Assembly (NCBI GenBank): GCA_033442325.1
Contig: JAWQFM010000003.1
Span: 888,890 to 952,889 of the forward strand
Reading direction: 5' to 3'
Length of the DNA: 64,000 nt
Origin: Salpingoeca rosetta
Taxonomy: Eukaryota > Protista > Choanoflagellata
The notes beneath the pieces were generated by a model. The model was not told where the DNA came from. It worked only from the letters and a program-made list of their open reading frames with translations, and ran no database searches. Position 1 is the stretch's first letter; each line of letters opens with the position of its first letter. This document shows positions 1-14,527 of this stretch, piece after piece. The position numbers and the translations under genes are program-made.

Positions 1-87
<87 letters not shown>
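1..87. repeat. (AC)n microsatellite
   Basis: Perfect AC run from the window start. Similar CA/TG runs fill most introns in the window. Confidence 0.97.
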
Positions 88-88
<1 letters not shown>

Positions 89-1065
89 CAAAGCAAGCCT
101 TCAGCGAGCCCAAAATGGGATCTTGCGACACCATAAGGTGAGCCTCGCTGACAAAACCGGACCTCGAAAATTGGTGGGAATTTTCACAACTTTAGCGTGT
201 CCATGGCCAACGTGCCAGTTGTTGTTTTGGTTCGTTGGTTGTTTTGCCTTTGTGTGTGTGGATTCTGCGATCGCTGGCAACAAAACACACGCACGCACAC
301 GCATAAAGCCCCCAAGACACATTCCTCCTCCTTTCTCCCACTTCCCCTCCACTCACGCGCCACGTAGCCCCTCACTCACGCACCAACCCCACCTGTATTT
401 GTGTTTCTCTTCGAGCGGGTGCAGCTGGCTGACCACGACCGCTTCTGTTCACCAAACCCCTTATCACACACTCACACACACACCAAACTTCTCCTCCGTT
501 GTTTTGTGTACCGCCGATTCTTTCTCTTTTCTCCCTGAGCTCCTTCTCATCATCCGCAACACTGCGAGTCTTCTTCTTCTTCGTTTTCTCGCCCCAGATT
601 GGTCCTCACCCCACGATCGCCGCTTGCTTGTTGAGGTCGCTCCGCGACTCGCGTGTCCTACGATCCCCTAAGAGCATACCTGCTGCCACACCTCCACACC
701 GATCCCTGATAACGCACTCCCATTCTTGTTCTCTTCTTCTTCCCGGTGTTCTTCAAACACCCAAGTGTTCGTAACCACCCTTGCTTGCCCTGCACGCGCG
801 CGTGTGTCTGTTTGTGTTTGTCGCTGAGCCCCATCATTGTCAGGGTGCGACTTTGGAAGACATCACAACCACACGTCACACCCCTACCTCAACACACAGT
901 GTTTATTTTAGTCAAGTGTTTGATTCCTTGAGTGCGTGCAGCTGTGAGATACCCCCAAGGGTGCGTGTCGTGGCTGTTGTTGTTTGTCAGTTTTGCCGCT
1001 GACCAAGCGCGTTCCCCCCCCCCCTCCCTCTCCCACCCACTCCCAATCTCTGCGCCTTTGCTGCC

Positions 1066-1126
<61 letters not shown>

Positions 1127-1278
1127 CCCGATCTGCCTACCCGCCAAATCACAATTCGCACGCGGCCATCCACACAGTTTCTCCTCCTTCTTTGAGCTCG
1201 ACAAACTCCCCTGCGTTGTTCTCCGCCACTTCCACCTTTTTTCCTCCTCCTCCTCCTCCTCCTCCTCCTGCGTCGACC

Positions 1279-2514
1279 ATGCCGCGCGATCAGTACAGCT
1301 ACAAGAACTTCAGCTCGGCTGCCAGCAGCCACAGCAGCCGCTTTGGAAGCAGCAGCAGCAGCGGCGGCTCCAGCGGAACCAACAGCGACGATGACGGCAC
1401 CAGAAGCCACCGCAGCACCCTGCGTGGCGGTAGCAAGGACAGGTTGCGCGGGGCCGCAGCCATTCTCAACCACGGCCGCCTCGGCTGGGCATGCGTCCTC
1501 GTCTTCATCTGCGTTGTTGGGGGCCTGTTCTACGTCAACTCGGTCCTCTCCTCCTCCGGCCTCAAGTGGGGCGACATCGACACCAACATGATCCAGAAGT
1601 ACAAGAAGCGCTTCAGCCTCAAGCCAGACATGTCCTTTGGCGACTTTTGCGACGCCGTGCCGCCGGTTCAGTCCAAGCCGCCTGCGGCCAAGCCCTACGA
1701 CGGCTCCCACATCATCCTCCTCTCCTTCCCGCGCTCGGGCAACCACCTCGCGCGCGGCGTCATCGAGTGCCTCATCGACACGCCCACCTTTGGCTATCCA
1801 AAGGAGAAGCACTTTGTGACGCTGGAGCGGCACATGCAGCACGAGGAGGCGTCGGCCAAGGCCAGCAAGCGCCGCCCCTTTGTGCGCAAGCTGCACGGCA
1901 TGCTCAAGCTGCCAGAGCGGTGGGACGAGTACGAGTACGGGCTCATCTACCAGGTGCGCGACCCAGTGGAGGCCGTCCTCTCGGAGAACAGAAACTCGCC
2001 GTACTTCTGGCGCCAGTACCACGACGACATGACCCGCATCATGCAGAACACGGCCACCTTCCTCAGCAAGCCCAGAAACCACCGCGCCCTGCTCTACTTT
2101 GAGGACTACTACCGTGACCCCATGATCAACATCCGCAAGCTGCAGCACTTCTTCGGCAAGGACATTGTCTCGGACGAGCGCGCCGAGTACTGCAACCAGG
2201 CCTACCGCAACATCTCCTCCACTAGCAAGTCCCACCTCCAGCGCTCCAGCCACACGCACGCCCTAAACCAGTACGCCCGGGCCGAGTTTGGCGACGACCA
2301 CCCGCAGGTGTACCTGCAGCCCAGCCTGTACGAGGTCATGTCCCGCTACCCATACTTCCACAGCTGCGACCAGGACAGCGAGGACAGCGCAGCGGCCAAC
2401 GCCAACGCCAACAACAATAGCACAGCATCAGCGCAGGACGCATCATCATCAACAGACCCTTCGGTGCCCTCGGGCCCCGCCCTCTCTCGCTTGCCCGCAC
2501 GACCACGTGCGTGA
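1279..2514 (+). CDS. Intronless type II membrane sulfotransferase-like protein (~411 aa)
   Basis: ATG at 1279 (MPRDQ) and strong GC3 bias. One TM helix (LGWACVLVFICVVGGLFYV). PAPS 5'-PSB-like motif LLSFPRSGNHLAR and 3'-PB-like motif YQVRDPVEAVLS, followed by LYFEDY. Confidence 0.8.
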   Translation: MPRDQYSYKNFSSAASSHSSRFGSSSSSGGSSGTNSDDDGTRSHRSTLRGGSKDRLRGAAAILNHGRLGWACVLVFICVVGGLFYVNSVLSSSGLKWGDIDTNMIQKYKKRFSLKPDMSFGDFCDAVPPVQSKPPAAKPYDGSHIILLSFPRSGNHLARGVIECLIDTPTFGYPKEKHFVTLERHMQHEEASAKASKRRPFVRKLHGMLKLPERWDEYEYGLIYQVRDPVEAVLSENRNSPYFWRQYHDDMTRIMQNTATFLSKPRNHRALLYFEDYYRDPMINIRKLQHFFGKDIVSDERAEYCNQAYRNISSTSKSHLQRSSHTHALNQYARAEFGDDHPQVYLQPSLYEVMSRYPYFHSCDQDSEDSAAANANANNNSTASAQDASSSTDPSVPSGPALSRLPARPRA

Positions 2515-3608
2515 TTGAACCCCCAACGCCACACAACCACCATTGCGCAGTTGTGTGCCACTCTGTTTTTAGTTCCATAGCTGCGCACGTGTCTGTGTCT
2601 GTGTCCTGTGCCTGTGTGTGAGTGCGTATCCCAAATTGTCTTGCAAGCACGAACTGCTGTGCAGCGGTCGTGCACATTCCCGTTTTTTATCATAGTTACT
2701 TCCTTGCCTGTGTTGTGTGTGTGTGAGAGAGAGAGTGAGAGAGAGAGAGATAGTGTGTGTGTGTGTGTGTTTCCGTTCCCGTCCCATCCATGCTCTTCGA
2801 TCTATCCATCAGCTCGGACTGCTCATCATCACTACCACTATCACCATCAACTACGAGTTGCGCTCTTTCCTTTGATGCGTGTGTGCCGTGTTTGGCCCAA
2901 TTCTTTTCGGGTTTTATTCGCTGTTCTTTGCTTGTTTTTGCTGGGGGAGGACCCCCTCGCCCCGTTTTGTTCGACTGATTTTCATGCTAGGCTCATCTCT
3001 ACCACCAATTATGGTTGGGAGGTCTGGTACTCAGATGTGTGTGTGTGTGTGTGTGTGTGCACGCGCCTGTCTGTCTGTGTGTGTGATCATCACTCACGTG
3101 TGGTGATGGCGCCAGAGTGTACCCGACCTCGCCCTTATTGTTTACCATAAGACCCTTCACCACTTCCACAGCACTAATTAAACAAGCATTGGCTCATCAT
3201 TGACACGACGGCCGTTGGCGTCGCAAGCAAGATACCTTCAACCTTTGTCATGTGCTTTGATCGCCTGCTTTTTGCCTCAAGTAGCTTGGTGCGTTTATTT
3301 ACATGACACCTTGCTGGGAGGGCAGAAACAAAGAAGAAACACAGTGGCGCACCCCCCCCCACCCCGCTTTCAGCTCAACAGCATGCGAGCCTGCCTTTGC
3401 CAAACATGTTGCTGGCATAACTCAACTCAACGACATACCACGAACAACGGCGTTTTCCATCAAGACTCGGATCACAGCCCCTCGATACACACACGCACTG
3501 TGCCCATTTGCCCATTTCTTGCTCTTCACAGTCGCTCTTCTCCTCCTCTCCTCCTCTCCTCCTCTCCTCGTCTTCTTGTCTCACTGTCACGTAGCCGGTC
3601 CTAGTGCC

Positions 3609-4164
3609 TCACACATCGGAGGAGGTTGGCACAGACGGAAGCTGGCGCACAGCACGGCCGCCACGACGTCGTGCGCTGGTCGTGGCAGAGGAGGCGGTCT
3701 CGTCGGTGGCCTCAGCATCAAACCGACTCGGAACATCTCCTCTCCTCCTTCTCCTCCTCTGTCCACGCTTGCTGCTGCTCTGGCGTGACTGGTGCGCAGG
3801 AGGAGCAATGGTGATGTGGTCGTCGTGTGAACCAGTGCCAGTGCCATCAACGCTCTCGCCATCCCCTTCTCCACCGGCTGTGTCTTTGGATGGCCGAGGC
3901 CATGCTCGCGCTGACGTTGTGCCGCCAGGTAGCCATGTATCGTCAGCATTACCGCCGTGAGGCGGAGTGGGGCGCAGTTCTGCTGTTCTCAGCGGGTGCT
4001 GCTGGTGACCTTGGCCCTCCTGTGTGTGCTGAGTTGCCTGCGCTGCTGTTGCTGCTGTTACTGTTGTGGTCGTCGTCGTTTCTGCTGGAACAACGCCGCT
4101 GGACCGCGTGACGAATCGTCGCCCACGTAGCCTTGCCGATGGCGAGAACGCCCCAAGTACTAGT

Positions 4165-4214
<50 letters not shown>

Positions 4215-6212
4215 TTGTGCTTGTGATGCTTGCGAAGCGACGGAATAGCGGGTGCAGTGTACACGCTCATCGCCCGTGGTTTGGGCACCCTGTGCATGGT
4301 TGGAGCCTGCCCATGCGCGGGGAGTCGCAGGCGTTGCGTGCAAGCTCAGTTCGCTCCTGGTCACTGCGCTTGCTGCTGTTCGCGCTACTGCTACTGTTGC
4401 GCTTGGCCCCTGTGTGCTTGGTGGCTGTTGCTGCTGCTGCTGCTGCTGCTCTTCCCCACGGTAATCCATACGCCCATCCACATCTGCCAAACAAATCACA
4501 CAAGAGCACAGGAGAGCACAACAGTTAGGAAATGAGCACACATCAGGGTGAGTGCGTGTGTGCACGTGTCGCTCACACAGTAACCAGCAGGGAAGCCAAG
4601 GTCGTGCTCGGCAAAAAGGTGAATGCACACAGGCAGCTACACGCTCCGACGAGGACTTCCCTGGCGCAGTTGCAATCTCCCGCTCCCATGCAAAGCAACG
4701 ACTACAACACAGCGCCACAAGAACAACAGTACATGGAAGCGTACCGATGTGACGTGAAGATGGCTTTGTGGACGTGGCAGGCGGTGTCTGCTGTTGTCCC
4801 CATGCGCGAATGTTGGTCTGGCGTCGGGGCTGTGTCTTCGGCGTGTATGTCACAAACTGCAATGCATCCACGTCGATCACAGAGTCCGCATCGTCCTCGC
4901 CATCGCCGTCCACAGCCACGACGTCTGGACAAGAACACAGCAAAGGAGCGAAGAAGGCGGGGAGGGCGGGCGGCATTCAAGGTGCGTGAGGGTGTGATGT
5001 GGTGATTGCGCGACAGGTGCCAACCCAGTAAGAAGAAGCATGCAGAAGCACACAGCGACTATCGGAAGCAGAGACAAGAGAAAGAGAAAGAGAAAGAGAA
5101 GAGAAGAATAGGGCATGGTACAGCGAAAGACGAAGCGAGGTAGCGGAAACGTACAGTGCGTGTGGGGCATGACGGGGTGCGAGGCGCCGGCGCCGCTGAA
5201 ACCGCCTTCATCACCATGGCCTGCTGCGAGCGCGCTGCGCATTGACCACGCGACCTTGCTTGCTGGCACGCTGGTGTCGGCGTCGGTTGCCTTGTGCGGA
5301 AGCGTGTGCAGCCCCACTTTGGCCTTTGGCTGGATGTTGCGACGCACGGCAACCACGGCCAGCACGGCCAGCACGACCAGGACCGCAATCACGGCAATGA
5401 GCACGATGCTGGTGGTGCTGAGGCTGGTGGAGGCCGAGGGCTGGGACGGCCCCGTCGTTGTGAAGGGCAGCGGCGGTGTTGTGGTGGCCGGGCGCACGGG
5501 CGGCTGTGTCTGGTCTGGACCGCTTGCCATCAGCGTGCGGAAGGTAAACTGGCTCATCTGATGCGTGAGGTGTGGGTTCAAGGGCAGGGAGCTCACGCCG
5601 CCGTGGTTCTCGGACGCGGGCGCAACGCCCACAGACGGAACAGCAACTGCGGGAGCGCCAGCAGCGGCTGACGCTGCTGTTGACGACGGCGAGGTGTCCA
5701 TGTCGGCCCATTGTTTGATGCGAAAGAGGTAAGTGGTGTTGGAGCGCACGTGTAGAGGTTGCGCGAGCTCCCAACGCTGCCACGCAATGCATGCTGCATG
5801 CCTGCATGCTCCGTTGAGGATGCACGTTTGTTCTGTGATGCTGCAGTCTGAGCAGGTGCTCTCCACGTCTTGTTCCAGCAAGAGTGTGGTGGTCTTGTCG
5901 GCAGGGCTGCCCCCTGGCGTCACTTGTTCAACGCTCAGCTTGCCCGCAAACCGGTGACAAGGCTACTCAAATGGCATGGCCCGGGGATGTTGTGGTTACG
6001 AGTTTGTGAGTTGCTGTTGTGAGGTGATTGTGGCGGGCACATGCATGCACACACAAAAGTGACCTGCGACGTTGCACACATTACGCACACGCACACAGAG
6101 ACGCACACAAAAAGTGATCTGCGACGGAGACACACGGACACTAGCAGACACAGCCACGCACAGCCACACAGGGCCACACACAGCCACACACACACACACA
6201 CACACACACAGC

Positions 6213-6276
<64 letters not shown>

Positions 6277-6523
6277 GGGTACGCACCAGCTTGGATCCCA
6301 TGAGAAGGTCGATACGGGTAAGCTCGCCAGTCCAAGCAGGTTGCCAGGACTGAAACATGTCGTGCCATGGAAGCACATCTCGCACGACACGCGTGTCCTC
6401 TGTAAACTGGTCCAGGACAAAAGAAGCTGCTTGCTGTTGTTGTGAAGCGCCGAAAGCCGCTCCGTCGCAGGTGACAAGCGCCAGCAAGCAGAAGCACAAG
6501 AGGCATCTCATCGCTGCGGCCAT
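3609..6523 (-). CDS. Spliced single-pass type I membrane protein of unknown function; 3' exons uncertain
   Basis: Signal peptide MAAAMRCLLCFCLLALVTCDG. Exon 6523-6287 splices to an exon starting at 5962 that carries a Cys-containing ectodomain, a Ser/Thr/Pro stalk and a TM helix IVLIAVIAVLVVLAVLAVVAV followed by RR. The low-complexity cytoplasmic tail probably ends at 3609. Confidence 0.6.
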
Positions 6524-7324
6524 CACCCCTCGATCCAAGTTGGATCAGCTGATGTGAGCACCTTCTCGGCCACCTTCTCGGCCCACCTCCCTTTCTCTTG
6601 AACAAGAAGCGATTCGATGTCCTTGACTCACGCGCACACGCGCACACTTTGTTAGCGTCAAGGGCGTTCTCCCACCCAACAGTGGTATCAGAAACAATGG
6701 GAAGCTGGCTCGCTGGAAGGACAGGGGCGAACGAAACAGGCGAGCTTGCTTGCTTGCTTGCTTGGAACAAAAGCGACGTGGGTGGAGAGAAGAAGAAGAA
6801 GAAGGACGAGGACGAGGAAGAAGAAGAAGGATGCCTCAAGGCAACAGAGGTGGGGAGAAAGAAAAAGGGCGTGTGGAAAGTAAGAAGAAGCAAAGAAGAA
6901 AACCTCTGGGCTTTCTTCCTTGTCTTCCTTGGTTGGTTTGGTGTGGCGCTGTGCAAACCACTTGTGTTGCTCTGCTTGCTTGTGGATGGATGGTGTTGGG
7001 TGCGAGAGCAGGCGGGTGGGGATGTGGTGTTGCACTCGAGGGTGGATGTCAGTGAAGTGGTGGTGTGGCTCTTGTGCTTGTTCTGGTTGTCGTGTTTTCC
7101 CCTTTCCTTGTGTGCTTGCTTTTTGTGCTTGTTTGTTGTTTTGCGTGCATGCAGGCAGCGTGGCCGCAAATTGGCCAATCACAGCGCACCAACACTTTTT
7201 TTTTGTCCTAGAATGTATGAACCCAACACGACATCACAAAACGCAGGGGACATTGTTGTGGAGTGCCGCGAAAATTTCAAACAAGCAACAAGCAAGAAGC
7301 AACGACGAACAAGCAGCCGTGGAG

Positions 7325-7456
7325 ATGGAGCAGCCCGTGTTTGAGTACGAGTGGAACGTGGCCATGGAAGGCAGCAAAGAGGCACGCCTCCGCCTCATTG
7401 CAGAGCGAAAGGAAGAGCTCCAAACCCTCATCTTGGACGCCAAGCAGAACGATGGT

Positions 7457-7505
<49 letters not shown>

Positions 7506-7988
7506 ACTGTGTTTGGGGTTGTTTGTGTTTGGCTGTGTGCACAAGTTCTTTGCTGGACGTGTGCACGCATGCTCTTTGCTGGACGTGTGCACGCATGCTC
7601 TTTGCTGGACGTGTGCACACATGCTCTTTGCTGGACGTGTGCGCGCATGCTCTTTGCTGCTGAATCTCACGGTTCAACTGCAAAGGTAGCTGGGTGTGTC
7701 AAATCGGACTCGCCCATGTGCAGCTAACTTCTTCGCTCTTGCACTGGTTCTTACATTACGATTGGGCAGCAGACATCACAGAGCTACTCGAAGAGTGGAA
7801 GGCGCTCTTGGAAGCCCAAAACCGCATCTTCACACAGGAAATCGAGCAGGTGATTGATGTCTCACAGCGCAAACACGTCGTGTCGCTTGATGCACCGTTA
7901 CCATGAAAATGCTACACACCCACATACATACAAACAAACAACCATACATACATACAAACAAACATACAAACAAACATACATACATACA

Positions 7989-8022
<34 letters not shown>

Positions 8023-10527
8023 CATACATACATACATACATACATACATACATACATACATACATACATACATACATACATACATACATACATACATACA
8101 TACATACATACATACATACATACATACATACATACATACATACATACATACATACATACATACATACATACATACATACATACATACATGCACACACATG
8201 CACAAACAAACTTACACACGCTTCCACGCACACACGCACGCTTCCACACACACACACACACACATACACACACGCACGCATACATACATACATACATACA
8301 TGTTGAGCTGCATTCTCATTCATTGGTTACACCGCGATGATTCCCTTTGCTGTGCACAAACATGCAGGAGAACCTCAGGATGAAACAGAACGCCATGTCA
8401 GACTTACACACACTCCTTCACGACATCATTAAGAGCAAGGTTGGATCCGTGCTGCTCAAATCCTTTCATGCCGTGCACGTATGCGTGGGTGTCTGTGCAG
8501 GCGATCTCTGCAGCATCTGCATCGCTTTGTCATTTCAAATGAGGGCATCTTGATGGCTTGCCCACGTCCACACACACACGAGGCATACCAAATTAGCACA
8601 CACGCATTCGCAGTAACATAATGGAAAAGGTAACATGCCACAACCCACCCCTACATTGCGCGCACCACATAGGTCGAGTTCACGCCTGCAGAGAAACAAC
8701 TGCAGCAGTGCATCAAGGCCACCTTTCGCGCCGTAAGCAAATACGTCGAAACGAACCGCATCGACAAGTCATCCCAACAAAAACACCAACAACACAGCCA
8801 CCTCAGGCAGCAAGCAGCAGTCGCAAGTCAGGATGTACCAGTCGTATCCACAACAGCCGCACCGCCACCGCCGCCGCCTCCTCCACCACCTCCACCGCCC
8901 ATGGCACCACTTGCACAGAGTGTATCGATGGTAGCAGCACCCACATCAACGAGAATGGCCTCACTCGACAGCAGGGAAGACACGGAAAACACAGCACCAG
9001 CGCTCCCGAACACCTCATCAGGCCCAACAATAGCAGCGTGCCTGCAAGATCAACTCTCTGCTGCTGTCAGGCACCGCTCAGAATCATCCACCGAATCAAA
9101 GCAAGCCTGCACACCTCAGGTCCGTTCTTCTTGGTGTGTGTGTGCGTATGCGTGCGTGAATGTGTGTGTGTGTGTGTCTGTCTGTGTATGTGTGTATGTA
9201 TGTGTGTGCCTGTGTGTATGTGTGCATGTGTGTGTGCCTGTGTGTATGTGCGTATGTGTGCGTGTGTGTGCGTGTATGCGTCTGTGTGTATGTGTGTATG
9301 TGTGTATGTGTGTGTGTGTGTGTGAAGAGGGCGCACCAATGGCTGTGACGCTGACGTGCGTCATCCGCAGTGCTTTTGGTCCAAACGTATCACACTCACA
9401 CTTGCACTCGCATACGCATCAACGACTCGTGGTGTGCCTTTTCTGTGGCAGGTGATGCGAACACCACTGCGAGATGTGAATCGGTCCTTCTTGACAGACA
9501 TTACCATGACAGGGAAGTCGGCCTTGAAGAAGACAAACCTTCCCCGCTCACCCGTACGTTGCTCTCGCGTCTGCGCGCGTGTGTGTGCGCATGTGTGTGC
9601 GTGTGTGTGTGTGCGCATGTGTGTGCGTGTGTGTGCGCGCCTGCGCCTGCGCCTGCGCCTGCGCCTGCGCCTGCGCCTGCGCCTGCGTCTGTGTGTGTGT
9701 GTGTGTATGTCGTGTGTGTGTGTGTCGTGTATGTCTGTCGATTTTCTGTCTGTCTGCCTGTGTTTGTCCGCCTGCCCCTGTACCTTGATGGCAATAGCCT
9801 TGGCAAAGAATGGTTTTGCTGTCATCTCAACAAGGTTTGCTTTGTATCGTGTGAGGAATCACTCATCACTGTACCATCGCCTTTTGCTCGACACTTAGGG
9901 CGGCACGCCTTGTCGCCGACGACGTGCGCCATCCCTCATGGACAGCCACGACTTGATTGCATGTGCGTGGTTGTCTGCGTTTTCATTTCATGCTTGCTAC
10001 CAGCAAGCGTTGACAACAGAGCAATGCTTCGCGGCTGCTTCGCGCTTCAACACTGCTGCTCACACACTACCTCGCTCACCGGCACGCCTGATGCGCTTGC
10101 TTGCTTGTATGCAGTTGCACTGAGGAACAAGTTCAAGTCCGTCACCCACAGCCCGCTCAGCGACCGCTCAGCGTCATCAAACTTCAACAGCCCCTTATCC
10201 TCCGGTACGTATACGAGCTGGATGGCGAGCAGATGCGTGCTGGCGTGCCCTGCAAGGCACCCATGCACATGCAAACATATGCACACACACACATACACAC
10301 ATACACACATACACACATGCAAGCGCATGCAAGCGCTTGTACACACACAATCACAAACACATGGTTGCAAGCACATACAAACACACACGAGACCGCAGAC
10401 AAGCGCATGCGCTCGCGCATGCACGTTGCTTGAAGGCGATGCCAGTACTGCAGACGCTCACACACGTTTGGTCTCGTTTGTCTGCGCTGCAGTTGGCCGC
10501 CAGTCCCATCCACCTACACCGTTCTAA
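7325..10527 (+). CDS. Multi-exon proline-rich protein with a PRR11/MTFR1-family-like C-terminal motif
   Basis: Exons read [10 protein letters not shown]..., then helical/coiled-coil segments, a poly-Pro tract (~8860-8900), RTPLRDVN, and the spliced [14 protein letters not shown]...[11 protein letters not shown]. The last motif resembles the remembered PRR11/MTFR2 motif 'RSPGG(T/R)P...AL(R/K)xKF'. Confidence 0.6.
7546..7659. repeat. Intronic minisatellite, ~4 copies of a 26-bp unit
   Basis: Unit CTCTTTGCTGGACGTGTGCACGCATG repeated in tandem with 1-2 substitutions. Confidence 0.9.
7975..8188. repeat. (TACA)n tetranucleotide microsatellite, intronic
   Basis: ~210 bp near-perfect TACA run. Confidence 0.95.
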
Positions 10528-10713
10528 TCGCACCCCAGACAAATGCACGCCGCAACAGCTGCTGTTCCCCCCTGCGCCCTGGTTCTCCTGCTTTGAGAGA
10601 GTTGTCGTTACACGCAAAGACAGCGTTCCCCCAACAAAGCGAGCAAGTCAATCAACAAGCGAAGGAAAGAGAGAGAGAGATTGGCACAAACCACACACGA
10701 ACAAACAGCAACC

Positions 10714-13424
<2,711 letters not shown>

Positions 13425-13967
13425 CAAACCGGCTGCATAGCACAGACGCACGCGCGCGCATGGTCGCCATAGCTCGCTTGTCTCTTGCGTTGTTGATACT
13501 GCAAGCTAGGTTGTTTCTTGCTGATTTGTCGTGTTAACATGCCAAGCGTTGCCTCTGCATGCACGTTGCTGGCAGTTCCTCTTCCTCTTCCTGGCGATGG
13601 TCGTCGTTGTCGTTACATTGTTGTTACATCTCCTTGTTGGCCTTGCTTTGTTGACTGTCGCGTCGTGTGCGACGTGTTGTGGCGCTGCCGCTGTTGCTGT
13701 TAGGCTGTTAGCCAATGGCCAGGTTACCTTTCGTGAGCACGTGTGCATGTGAGCGCACCCACCAAGACACAGTTCATCTTGCATCACGCGTCATCTTCCT
13801 CGCTTCGCCTTGTTTGCTTTGCTTGCATGCAAGAGAAAACCGTTGCGCGGAGCGCAGAAGGCGAGCAACCGCGCCGTTTTCTTCTTCGGGAGCGGCGACA
13901 GCAACGCTGGTTGATGTGATTGATGCGTTCATTCTCCTCTTGACTGCACTCGACTCCCCAGCATCAG

Positions 13968-14013
<46 letters not shown>

Positions 14014-14014
14014 C

Positions 14015-14485
14015 ATGGCGGGTGGTTCCTGCGCGACGTTGCTGGCGCGAGCGGTTGTCGTTGTTGGGCTCTTGGTGGTAGGGGTGCCGAGGGTGCAGCC
14101 AGCATATGGTGGGCTGGCGGCAAACAAAGGGGGCAGCCTCTTCACGTCCTCCGCCAACATCCACTCGCTCTTCTCCGTGGAGAAGGACATGGCGCAGCTC
14201 CTCAAGCGCTACATCCAAGACCAGGAGCATCGCCTGCAGCAGCTCAAGGGCCTGGTGGATGTCATTGAACGAACACCAGTTCCGCCAACCGACAACGACC
14301 TTGAACCGCAAGACAGCTTCGGCCTCCTGCATCGCATGGTCCGTCCATTACTCAGCACACAACGCGCGTTACTCCTTGCTGGGTTGCTCTCTCGCTCATT
14401 GGCTGCGTGTGTCGGCACCGTGGCTTTCATGCGCCCCAAGTCTGCCTCCAACCTCACACACACACGCACACACACACACGCACAC

Positions 14486-14527
<42 letters not shown>

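Noticed and set aside
889-2259. 456-aa minus-strand ORF
   Set aside because: Antisense shadow of the high-GC3 sulfotransferase gene, extended by microsatellites.
7546-7659. 26-bp repeats as a possible CRISPR-like array
   Set aside because: Head-to-tail with no spacers, intronic, eukaryotic context, and no cas genes.
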